Shown here: piece after piece, positions 24,101-36,389 of the stretch
Numbering within the stretch: the stretch's first letter is position 1
Layout of the letters: the number at the start of each line of letters is the position of its first letter
NCBI GenBank assembly: GCA_044892525.1
Contig: CM097885.1
Span: forward strand, 16,058,001 to 16,122,000
Origin: Schmidtea polychroa
Taxonomy: Eukaryota
Length of the DNA: 64,000 bases
Reading direction: 5' to 3'
Made by a program: the position numbers and the translations under genes
Notes under the pieces: model-generated
The model's input: only the letters and a program-made list of their open reading frames with translations
Told to the model about the DNA's origin: nothing
The model's database searches: none

Positions 24101-24451
24101 CTGGACCGTCGTGAAGGATAACTCGACCCGACTTCACTCAAATTCTTCCCCAATAAATGTGCAATTAATAATTCATATTACTGTCAAACAAATATGGAAA
24201 TAATGAAATTTAAAAGAAAAGTCAAAATAAATAAATGTTTACCTGGCGGCCACGCCATCTGGATTCCGGGTATGATGACTCTTGCTAACGTAGGTTTTTA
24301 TATTCATTTAGTAATCATTGTAGTACCCAGGTTCATGTAGATACTTGGCTGGTTCTGTCAATTTCTGGGTATTCATATTCACAAGCTCTCTCCGAAATGC
24401 ATACGAAATTTAGCCGCATCATACCCGAACTCCAGAGGATGTCGTCGCCAG
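21135..24451 (-). mobile_element. Unclassified dispersed element, copy A: structured non-coding leader, 253-aa ORF, structured 3' domain
   Basis: Collinear homology to 50010-53083 across coding and non-coding parts. No RT, transposase, TIR, LTR or poly(A) seen, so mobility is inferred from dispersion only. Confidence 0.55.
21668..22429 (-). CDS. Orphan 253-aa protein (copy A): helical N-terminal domain, Pro-rich linker, basic NLS-like RKRKRP..KRR, conserved C-terminus
   Basis: Intact ORF with the ATG directly after a TTCTTTAG acceptor. Residues 30-88 are 58/59 identical to the 51773 copy despite about 29 synonymous codon differences. Confidence 0.85.
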   Translation of the reverse strand: MTTPTTAEKTLRPCFSCADKNADIAQLHLYIGALKKRIDLYEGTWFSPPQMKEERSKILRLEHCRDSLLEESRCQRLTIKAQSEALHKVYTEAELAKRVREFPVIEKMNVFPLHHQVSKPTTTSCQGHGSCLPPVPAPTLSGYQPLLGGPTDPILAPILVAPVVTPHTDNPPSSRKRKRPTRGEKNQKRRDAMAALEASLSVAQSTIREISSSHFIPTKEIFRVIPAEGIKYISNQRLPVDIDEMLADGEPFD

Positions 24452-25621
24452 CATCATAGAGAGAAAGCAACATCTTTTGGTTTTTAAATATAAATTTTAT
24501 TGAAACATAAAAGGTCTTTTGATATTAACTTCATAGTAAACATTAAAAATATCATACAAAAATTCAAACATAATTTACCAAAATTCTCCGAAGGTGTTGG
24601 GATTGAAATCAAAGTCTTATCAATTTTTCCTTAGTTAGACTGGTTCTTCTCAACTGGATTCGATCTCCACTATTATTTGCCTCTAAGTAATATCTGTTAT
24701 GTCCAAGTATGAATATCGTTCGTAAGTCTGTGCTCGTGAGTGGTTCTTAGTTTTGTCCTGTAGAGTTTCGGGTTAGAATGATACTCTACAGATTTTTGTT
24801 GCTCTTTATATATTATTTTCCGTCCAATCAGGACACACCTTGCTTGTAATTTTGCTATTTATTATTATTTTTATGTTTTTCTTATCATAGTATGTTATAT
24901 TTTAATGACCCTACCTATTTCTATTATTATTTTATTTATTTTCCTATTTTTTATTATTTTTCTCCTATTTTTCTGCGGTTTTATTGCTATTTTATTGTAA
25001 CTTCATTTTTTGTTTTAATTAGCCTTATGGATGATTTTATTTTTATTTTGTTTTCCTTTAGTTTTCGTTTATTTTCTTAAATTTTCTGCCATTTTATTTC
25101 TCTTTTACTGTTGTGCTCATTGGGTGCCTTCCCTCTTGTCTTATTTCCCCTTTAAAGGTTTTGTTATTTTATTTAGTAATTCTTATTTCTTTATGGATGT
25201 TTAATTTGTTTCTTCCTATGTTTCTCGTAATTTTTATATGTTGTTATTTTATTTACTCTATCTCTTCCTGGGTTCGTTTTTCCAACACCTTCAGAGCTTG
25301 GCCCAACAAATCAAAAAGTTAATTAAATTCATTTTATGATATTGTTAGAAATTGTTATATAAGTAATAAAGTAAGGGCAAACTATGGAATATATAATATA
25401 AATCATTAATTTTATTGTGTTAGTATAATTTCTTATTGGAGTCAGTATAAAATTCCTACCGTTGGTTGAATTTCCGGCTCATTGGATTTATTTTCTTTTT
25501 TCATTTTAGTACTTTCTTCCGCCTGTATTTGGATAACATAATAAATGAATGAAAAAAAATTACACAAGATTTATTTTAACTAGACATTTTATTTAAAAAA
25601 ATACAATATAAAAAATTAAAT

Positions 25622-26600
25622 TTAATAATTAAATCTCAATAATGGGAGATGATAATGCAGAAATAATAATTTCTCTGCGTTGCGTGGAAGAAGTTTATTT
25701 CTTCTCTCCTCGTAAATAATACCAGCCTCGCTGAACAATCTTTCACTGGGTATACTGCTAGGAGGCGCTGATAGGTATCGTCTAGCCACTTTTGATAGTG
25801 TTCGATAAATATTTGCGTTATTCGACAACCAAACCAACGGATTTTCGGTACGAGGAATGTTAGGATGTTTGAGAAAATTTAAAAGTTGAATATTATCTGT
25901 TGAACTTCCTACGGTATAGGTTTCTTCTTCAATGGATTTATTTTCAAATAAAATTTCATCTGTGCAAGCCCACACATCTTCATTTTTATCATGATTATTT
26001 TTTCCATGTTCTGCAGGTTCTCTCTGTTTATTGTCATTGTTTTTATCAATACTTCTAGAAGAAATATTATTCATTTCTTCTATAATCCAATTTTTAGCAA
26101 TAATTTGTGTATCGGGTTTTAAAATTTTAAGTTTGTAAATGGGATCTAATACCGTAGCTATTACATACAACTTATTCTTTTCCATATTTTCAAATGGAGC
26201 CTCTAAAGATTTTATCATTTCTTTTTTCATCGTTTGTGTTCCTTCATCGTGTAGTTTTTTACAGAGAAAGCGCTCTAAGGCAACTACATTTGGTATCACC
26301 ATCAAAATAAGAGTTTCCTCTCAACTGGCTTCAACTGTAACGATGTAAAATTGCTCCAATAAGATAACTATATTTTCAATTAATTTAAAATTTGCTGCAT
26401 TCAAGTTTGATATATTGTAATCTGAGGAATATAGTGTGATGGCATCTTTTTGTTCTAAAGTCCTCTTGAACATATGATACGTCGAATTCCATCTAGTGAC
26501 TACGACTTGTACTAATTTGTGTTGTGGAAGCGAATGTTTGGTTTGTATTTCTTTCAACTTAGTACTACCTACTTGCGAGTGATTAAAATGGGTTACTATA
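25622..26600 (-). pseudogene. hAT (ZBED/Ac-like) transposase, 3' part; its 5' part resumes at about 40061-40183
   Basis: VVTRWNSTY, IATVLDP.YK and the dimerisation motif PPSSIPSERLFSEAG; frameshift near 26310. Removing 26601-40060 restores CFICSIQLVIH..SISAKCRNIVTHFNHS. Confidence 0.85.
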
Positions 26601-27340
26601 AGTAGTGAATAGTAAGGACTCCAACTCACTTTCAAGGTCATGGAATATCAAGATCAAATATAGACCAATCGAATCATTTATTTTTTAAATTAACATTTTA
26701 TTTAATTACTTCTTTTTAATTTTATTAATTAATTATTTTATGATGTTATATTTTAATTACTTACTTTAGTTAATTTTTAATTTATTACATTTAATTAATT
26801 TATTAGTTTATTAATATTTTATTTTAATTACTTACGCTTTTTAATTATTATTATTATTATTATTATTTTTAATTTTATTTAATTACTTCTATTTTTTTTT
26901 CTCTTTAATTTTATTAGTTAATTATTTTATGATGTTATACTTTAATTACTTATTTTAGTTAATTTTTAATTTATTACATTTAATTAATTAATTTGTTTAT
27001 TAATACTTTATTTTAATTGCCAACGTTATTTAATTATTATTTATTTATTTTTTAATTTTACATTATATTCTAACAAGAGCGTAAATTATAACAATAATAT
27101 TTCAATTTGAATAAAATTTTAATTGGTAATTATCATAAAATAAAGCTGTGTTAATTTAAATAAAATGGGCATTAATTTTTCAAAACAAAGCAAAGTTTTT
27201 CATGATAAATAATAATTCTTACTTAAAACTAATTATCTAAATTAATTGGACAAATGAATTATTAAATGATAAAACATATTTTAATTAACGAAGTCAAATA
27301 ATTCACAATATATATTTTATTATTCACATAAATTTAATTG

Positions 27341-30233
27341 TTAAAGTTCTTGTTTCGATTTGCATTCATTTGTAGACGGAGCAGTTGCGATATGCATTTG
27401 ACGAATCTTATAGTGACCGTAGGCATAGCTTTCATTAGAATTGAACCAATACCTTTTTTCATCCAAACATTGGAGAGCTCGTTTTTCAGTAATGAAAGTA
27501 TACAACTGATGATTAACACTTCCTATTCTCTTTTGTTGGATGCTCACTGTTCCACCATCAGTATACACTTTTTTATAGGCTTCATGGGTGATATTAGAAT
27601 TTGTAAGACTTATTCCTTTGGCTTTTAGAGTGTTTTTATCTCCTTGGAGTGAGTAGCACTTGGGTCGAAGAAACACCCATTCTTTATATTGATTTCCTTT
27701 ATTCTCATCCTTGAATTTCCCGATTACCGAACAAATTTTATCTGAGAACAATGGATCAGTCACCGGATAATTTGAAGTATCTAGGAGCCCATCGGCAATC
27801 ATTTTTGGATACAGTTGTAAGCGTAAATCAACATTTTTACACTCTAAAAAGAAGGAATCTGTGTCACCGGCTACGATATTAATTTGACAATTGAATTCTT
27901 CTCTATAACTCTGTAGTTCTTTATATTGAAACTGGTACATGCGAAGTTTAGATAAATCAAGTACGGTTTGTCCAATATACATTGGTCTATCTAAACACAC
28001 CATTTCCTTATCAAGTATAACAGCAATGAGATCATCCGCAATCTTGATGCTACGACGAAACATAGGATTACTACAATAAGTTATCAATCTTTTGCTTTTG
28101 CTGCATAATCTCAAATTTATACGTTTCTTAAGGTTTTCCACGGTTTTACCATATAAACTGTTGTTCTTTAACTTATAATAATCTCGCTGAAATGAATCTG
28201 TACTAGCTGCTCTCATTTGAGTATTGTAATCAATATAGCGTTTGAAAATAGCTACTTGCTTGAATTCTACAGCACGATTAACTTTTGTGACTTTTGCGCC
28301 GTAACTCAACCACTCTGTCAAAACTCTACCATTAACTACATAGTTTTTCTTAGGCTCATGAGTTAACAACAGCTTTTCAACTTTACTACCAGGTGGATAA
28401 CAAAGCTCAGGAGCTATAGGTAAATCATCTAGCTTATCTTGTATACTATCAGGAATGACGATGTCAACCTCTAGAACATATCCACGATCTCCATCAAACT
28501 CATCCCCATTTGCACATCTTTCAACAATACCATTCATTTCAGTATGATCATTTATCCATCTAAATTCACCAATAGGAAGTTTTTGCGACAGCGCCCATCC
28601 ATATAAATTATTAACATCTAGGTATGACATTTGTGTTGATTCATCAGCTTCAACATGATGTTTGTTGATAAATGTCATTCCACCACGAATACCAGCTTCA
28701 AATAAACGGTAAAGCTCTGGATCTTGAATGAGTTCTACCGGTTCAGGTAACTGTTTAATAGCTGATGCCCAACTTAATCCGGGTATGGAAACAAACGATA
28801 AAGCCTCAAGTCCATCTTCGTCAAATGTTTTTTCTCTGAAAGCTTCAAAAACATCGGCCAACACAAAAACATCCAACTTGAGATATACTAGCATGTAATC
28901 TAGCAGTGTCTCACAGTTATATTGTCGCCAGATTTGATTTGCATGTATATAATCTTCTTGACTAACTCCCTCCCAAATCGATGGTAATTCTGTTATTGAC
29001 TGTAAAACATCCATTGACGTAGCAATATCATAAGGAAATATGCCTTTACCAGTTATTAGATGCGAATTGAAAATCTTTGAAGTAAGTGGAAGACGTGGCA
29101 AGTTTTTTGATAAATTTGCCAAGCTGCTATTTAAAAATTGTAAAGAATCAATGAATCTAATTCTTCTGCCTTTCGATGTCGCTGTAAGTGTGAGAAACTT
29201 TTCTGTTGATTGAGGAATAACAATTAAATTCCAATCTGGGAATTTTCCAATTGCATATTTTAATATATGATGAATGTCATATCCACGAAGATTATGAAAT
29301 ACAACAGGTAAAGACGGATTGATTCTTCTAGCCAAATTACAATCTTGACACGCTGCTCCGAGATATTGACCAGTAAAATGATCATGATCTCGAACGGGTA
29401 TATTGATAATCTTTTTACAAAGGTAGCAATGAGTTTGAGTCGTGAATTCTTCCTGCTCTTCCCAAGTGAGTTCCATCATTTCCTTTGATCCATTAATTTT
29501 ATACCACGGATAAACTATGTCTGTAGCTATATCATCCAATGCTTGTATGAACTGAATGATACAGTTTTTCCCAACAAATGTTTCATTTCGGATCGGACAA
29601 CCTTGATGGAGAAGCACAAATTCAGATGCAATCGGCTCATGTTTTTGGAAGTGTTTGTCATCTAGAGGTAATATCGATTCAAAGTCCGCGTAGACAACAA
29701 ACTGCTGTTTTATAGTTTTACTCCAATCTTTAAATTCGATATATTTATTCTCTGGCATTGAGTATAGAGTCGTACGCTCCACATTCTTCCTACAAAGACC
29801 TATATGTCTTTCAAAAGCAGGACGTTTTTGAAACCCATGAAGACACGTATGACACCAATGTGATTGGATTCTGACTCCTTCTACTCTATCTCTGTAATTC
29901 AGCAGTCGATCGAGATTAGTTACAGCCAAAAAATGATAATTTAATTCTAAATTTAGTTAATATTTTTAATGATTAAAGGAAATATTACCTTCTTCAATCA
30001 ATAGGAGATATATCTGAGATCCCGTCGAAGTACTTCTATATACCAAGTCAATGAACGGATTCTTGAAAATATCATTAGTTTTTTGTTTAATTGGATCTTT
30101 ATTATATTTGAGAACATTGATCGCTAGATTTGGATTAATTGCTTCAAATTGGCAAATGTTAACCAACTTCATCGGAAACCATTCAAATTTCCATTTTAAG
30201 TCTTAAAAACAAAATTCAATGATTTATGACATT

Positions 30234-30314
<81 letters not shown>

Positions 30315-31386
30315 CCACTTAAGTTATATTTTGTTGTTCTTTCTCTATTCCGACGTATATCATCATAACGTAACACAGCTAGTATGCTATATAAAAAACA
30401 GAATTGATCATTGTTTTGAACATTAATTAAAGCCTGACAGTTTTTCAGGTAATTTGGCGTTTTAATGTAACTTGAACCTAAGTAATCTCTTGATTTATAT
30501 ATATATAATAATGTAAATAATCTTACCAGATACATGTATTATGTCTGATAATTTAGTTAAAATCATAGTAACTTCTAATATTTTATGAATTCTCCACCCA
30601 CTACTTTGTTGAGTGTATTTCTCCAACTTTTCTTTTAATTTTTCAATTCCATCATTAATAAATGAAGATGACATTGTAATTGCTTTATTCGACAAACACC
30701 ATTTTTTAATTTCACCATCCTCTTTGATAAACTCTGCACAAAGTCCAAATTGGATTTTTACTGTCCCCATTCGTTGAATATGATCTTCTATTTCTTTGAT
30801 GAGACAATCTGGAACAACAATGTCAGGAGAATTAATTGCAGATACATCGCTTGTCAATTCAACACGAGAACCGTTTAAGTCAGACTCCCGACGTGGACAC
30901 AATTGTATGTTAGAGTCTCCATTTCCGTAAAATATTGACTTTCGTTTTGTGGTGCCAGAGTTTTGTCTAACTATATTTATAATTAATATTAAACAACTTA
31001 AATAACATAACTTGTAACATATTCTTTAATCTCCTTAGGATCGTATGATGTATTCATTTTCGATTGTACTATAAAAAATTAATAATTGTTAATAGTAGAA
31101 AGAGTATTACTTTTAGTGATCATCCTGCTCTTCGTTTCTTCGAATCTTCTAAGATGGTGTCCGTGTTGTCGTACAAACATTAACCACCTACCTGGTGTTA
31201 TAATGAGACATTCCGGACATATGTAACCCGATAAGGTAGAGTCATTTATCTTGAAATATGATGATGTAACTGATTTACAGTTCTCCACATCTTCATGACT
31301 TTCGGCAATACAAAATTTATATAAACTGCATCCGTTCACTAAAAAATAATCATTAATATTAGATAGAGAATAAAAATTTATTCACT
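27341..31386 (-). CDS. Protein-primed family B DNA polymerase (Maverick type), left-arm copy, spliced, about 1236 aa
   Basis: Mirror image of the right-arm gene. ExoI VYADFES, ExoII FHNLRGYD, ExoIII YLKLDV, PolA YLDVNNLYG, PolB KLKNNSLYGK and PolC AGDTDS are intact. Confidence 0.9.
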
Positions 31387-32614
31387 TATATAAGTTAAAT
31401 TAAAAGTTTAAATGACAAACATTTGAAAAGTTACTGCTTATATATTACACATGATTAAATTCTGACCAATCAAAATCAAGGAAGGGGTAGGAAAAATAAA
31501 TATATTCTGACCAATCAAAATCAAGGAAGGGGTAGGAAAAATAAATGCATTACATTGCAGTATTTTAAAACTTAAATTTTAAAACACATTTTGACGCTAA
31601 AGTTGACTTATTTAACATTTTCATAATAATTTAATAAAAATAATGTGTTGAACTCACAAAGTAATATCATTTTTTTTCATCAAATTGCAAAACAGTAATA
31701 ACGTTTTCATAAAATTGTAACAAAGTAATAACATATTTCAGATAAATTTTCAACAGTTGTAAAATATTTATCAAATTGTAACTAAAATAATAAAAATATT
31801 GCAACAAAGTAATAAAATAATGATGTTAATTGGGACAAATCAATACATTATTTCGAAGACGGACAACAAATTAAAAAAGAATATTGTAATAAATTGTGAA
31901 GTCTTTCAGTAAATTACAACAAAGTAATAACATATTTCGGAAATATTTCACCAGATGTAAAATATTTAAGCAAATTGTTATAAGATTATAAAAATATTGC
32001 AACAAAGTAATAAAATAATACAACATTTTAAACTCTAGATCAATCCATTTTATAGAAAATTAAATTTTATCTCTATAATATATGAATAAATATACAAGGA
32101 AATTACGTTAACGTATAATAAAACATGTGTGTATTACACACAAAACAAGATACATAATTTCTAATCAATCCATTTTATAGAAAATTAAATTTTATCTATA
32201 TATTATATGAATAAAATCCTAAGAAAATTACGTTAACCGCGCGAAAAATACAAATTTATCGTAAAAACATGTGTGTATTACACACAACATACGAGACATA
32301 ATTTTTAATCAAGCTATTTTATAGAAAATTAAATTTTATCTATATATTAAATGAATAAAAATCCAAGAAAATTACGTTAACCGCGCGAAAAAATACAAAT
32401 TTATTGTAAAAACATGTGTGCATTACACACAAAGCACCAAACTGAAATTGTAATTGCGCCGTGTTGTAGAGAATTAAATTCTGCCTATACATGGTTACAC
32501 TTAAATCTCGATCAGACCTGTGAAAAGAGACATAAAAGATAAAAAACAGTAGAGTAGTATGATGTGGGCCCGCCCGGCCAGGAGCCCGCTCGGCCACATA
32601 TACCCCCTCCCCCC

Positions 32615-32841
32615 GTGTGTAAAATAATGTTAATAATAATATTTATATATCAGTAGATAGATCTCGCACTGGGCCTTAAAATGAGCTATAGATCAATAAA
32701 ATCTGTTGGTGGGAACATTAAGTTTTGAGCAAACGAAAACCAGGAGCCCGCCAGACCACTTAATAATATTTTTTGAAAATAATAATGATTTATGAGTCAT
32801 CGTATGAGTCATCGAATGAGTCATCGTTCTAAAAATACATG

Positions 32842-32904
<63 letters not shown>

Positions 32905-33108
32905 TTCTTGGGAGTTGTAATAATAATTCTTTGAAAATATCTTAGTCATTATTAATAATACTAATAATACCCTAGCGAGTTGTTGATTGTGAGTAGTACC
33001 CTTGTGTGCAGTACCCATGTGACTTGTTGAGTGTGAGCAGTACCTTTGTGAGCAATACCCATAGGGGGACAGAATATCTTGTCGGATAAACTCGGAGTAT
33101 ATAATAAT

Positions 33109-33168
<60 letters not shown>

Positions 33169-34026
33169 CAACGATTTAAACAAATTAAATTAATATGTAA
33201 TCGATAATTAAAACAAAGATTATTAGTTCTAAAATTATTAGGCATCATTCTAAAAATATGACGTAATCATTCTAAAAATATGTGGCATCGTTCTAAAAAT
33301 ATGTGGCATCGTTCTAAAAATATGAGTCATCGTTCTAAAAATATTAGGCATCGTTCTAAAAATATGATGTAATCATTCTAAAAATATTAGGCATCATTCT
33401 AAAAATAATAGACATCGTTCTAAAATTATGATGTAATCGTTCTAAAAATAATAGACATCGTTCTAAAAATATTTGGCATCATTCTAAAATATTAGAAAAC
33501 ATTCTAAAAATGTGATGAGTCATTGTCTTTGTTCTAAAAATGTGATGAGTCATCGTATGATAAAAATCTATATCTCATTAGAAAGTTCTTGCACAGAGCT
33601 TTAAAATAAGCTATCGATCAATATAATATGTTGGCGGGAACAATAATTTTTGGGATGAAAAAAAGTAGGTCCCCGCTGGATCACTTAATAATATTTTGAA
33701 AAATAATAATAATTTAACGTTGAAAAGATGGTGGTCATCAATTGTTAATAACATTAAAACTATTAAAGATATATATGATACCTATAGCTCATTCGAAAGG
33801 TCTTGGACTGAGCTTTAAGATGAGGTATCGGTTAATAAAATTTGTTGGCGGGAACATTACTTTTGGGAAGAAAAAAAGTAGGTCCCCGCTGGATCACTTA
33901 ATTTAAAAAAAATTACGTAATAGTTCTAAAAATATTAGGCATCGTTCTAAAAATATTAGGCATTGATTACGTAATAGTTCTAAAAATATTAGGCATCGTT
34001 CTAAAAAAAAAATAAAATTTTTTCCC
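32615..34026. repeat. Non-coding spacer of the palindrome: 21-bp satellite (gttctaaaaatattaggcatc), three ~95-bp units, (AAT)n tracts, TGAGTCA cluster
   Basis: Units at about 32670, 33597 and 33810; satellite at 33230-33550 and 33920-34005; TGAGTCA three times at 32792-32824. Confidence 0.8.
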
Positions 34027-35100
34027 GGGGGGGGGGGGAGGGGGTATATGTGATCTGGAGGGGACATGGCCGGGGGAGCCCACATCCTACTACTCTACTG
34101 TTTTTTATCTTTTATGTCTCTTTTCACAGGTCTGATCGAGATTTAAGTGTAACCATGTATAGGCAGAATTTAATTCTCTACAACACGGCGCAATTACAAT
34201 TTCAGTTTGGTGCTTTGTGTGTAATGCACACATGTTTTTACAATAAATTTGTATTTTTTCGCGCGGTTAACGTAATTTTCTTGGATTTTTATTCATTTAA
34301 TATATAGATAAAATTTAATTTTCTATAAAATAGCTTGATTAAAAATTATGTCTCGTATGTTGTGTGTAATACACACATGTTTTTACGATAAATTTGTATT
34401 TTTCGCGCGGTTAACGTAATTTTCTTAGGATTTTATTCATATAATATATAGATAAAATTTAATTTTCTATAAAATGGATTGATTAGAAATTATGTATCTT
34501 GTTTTGTGTGTAATACACACATGTTTTATTATACGTTAACGTAATTTCCTTGTATATTTATTCATATATTATAGAGATAAAATTTAATTTTCTATAAAAT
34601 GGATTGATCTAGAGTTTAAAATGTTGTATTATTTTATTACTTTGTTGCAATATTTTTATAATCTTATAACAATTTGCTTAAATATTTTACATCTGGTGAA
34701 ATATTTCCGAAATATGTTATTACTTTGTTGTAATTTACTGAAAGACTTCACAATTTATTACAATATTCTTTTTTAATTTGTTGTCCGTCTTCGAAATAAT
34801 GTATTGATTTGTCCCAATTAACATCATTATTTTATTACTTTGTTGCAATATTTTTATTATTTTAGTTACAATTTGATAAATATTTTACAACTGTTGAAAA
34901 TTTATCTGAAATATGTTATTACTTTGTTACAATTTTATGAAAACGTTATTACTGTTTTGCAATTTGATGAAAAAAAATGATATTACTTTGTGAGTTCAAC
35001 ACATTATTTTTATTAAATTATTATGAAAATGTTAAATAAGTCAACTTTAGCGTCAAAATGTGTTTTAAAATTTAAGTTTTAAAATACTGCAATGTAATGC

Positions 35101-35240
35101 ATTTATTTTTCCTACCCCTTCCTTGATTTTGATTGGTCAGAATATATTTATTTTTCCTACCCCTTCCTTGATTTTGATTGGTCAGAATTTAATCATGTGT
35201 AATATATAAGCAGTAACTTTTCAAATGTTTGTCATTTAAA
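35101..35240 (+). promoter_or_regulatory. Probable Pol II promoter of PolB: 45-bp tandem duplication with two inverted CCAAT boxes, TATA and Inr (mirror at about 31410-31545)
   Basis: gattggtcagaat occurs twice, TATATAAG at about 35203, and TCATTT at 35232-35237, about 30 nt downstream and just before the first exon/intron. Confidence 0.6.
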
Positions 35241-35260
35241 CTTTTAATTTAACTTATATA

Positions 35261-36332
35261 AGTGAATAAATTTTTATTCTCTATCTAATATTAATGATTA
35301 TTTTTTAGTGAACGGATGCAGTTTATATAAATTTTGTATTGCCGAAAGTCATGAAGATGTGGAGAACTGTAAATCAGTTACATCATCATATTTCAAGATA
35401 AATGACTCTACCTTATCGGGTTACATATGTCCGGAATGTCTCATTATAACACCAGGTAGGTGGTTAATGTTTGTACGACAACACGGACACCATCTTAGAA
35501 GATTCGAAGAAACGAAGAGCAGGATGATCACTAAAAGTAATACTCTTTCTACTATTAACAATTATTAATTTTTTATAGTACAATCGAAAATGAATACATC
35601 ATACGATCCTAAGGAGATTAAAGAATATGTTACAAGTTATGTTATTTAAGTTGTTTAATATTAATTATAAATATAGTTAGACAAAACTCTGGCACCACAA
35701 AACGAAAGTCAATATTTTACGGAAATGGAGACTCTAACATACAATTGTGTCCACGTCGGGAGTCTGACTTAAACGGTTCTCGTGTTGAATTGACAAGCGA
35801 TGTATCTGCAATTAATTCTCCTGACATTGTTGTTCCAGATTGTCTCATCAAAGAAATAGAAGATCATATTCAACGAATGGGGACAGTAAAAATCCAATTT
35901 GGACTTTGTGCAGAGTTTATCAAAGAGGATGGTGAAATTAAAAAATGGTGTTTGTCGAATAAAGCAATTACAATGTCATCTTCATTTATTAATGATGGAA
36001 TTGAAAAATTAAAAGAAAAGTTGGAGAAATACACTCAACAAAGTAGTGGGTGGAGAATTCATAAAATATTAGAAGTTACTATGATTTTAACTAAATTATC
36101 AGACATAATACATGTATCTGGTAAGATTATTTACATTATTATATATATATAAATCAAGAGATTACTTAGGTTCAAGTTACATTAAAACGCCAAATTACCT
36201 GAAAAACTGTCAGGCTTTAGTTAATGTTCAAAACAATGATCAATTCTGTTTTTTATATAGCATACTAGCTGTGTTACGTTATGATGATATACGTCGGAAT
36301 AGAGAAAGAACAACAAAATATAACTTAAGTGG

Positions 36333-36389
<57 letters not shown>

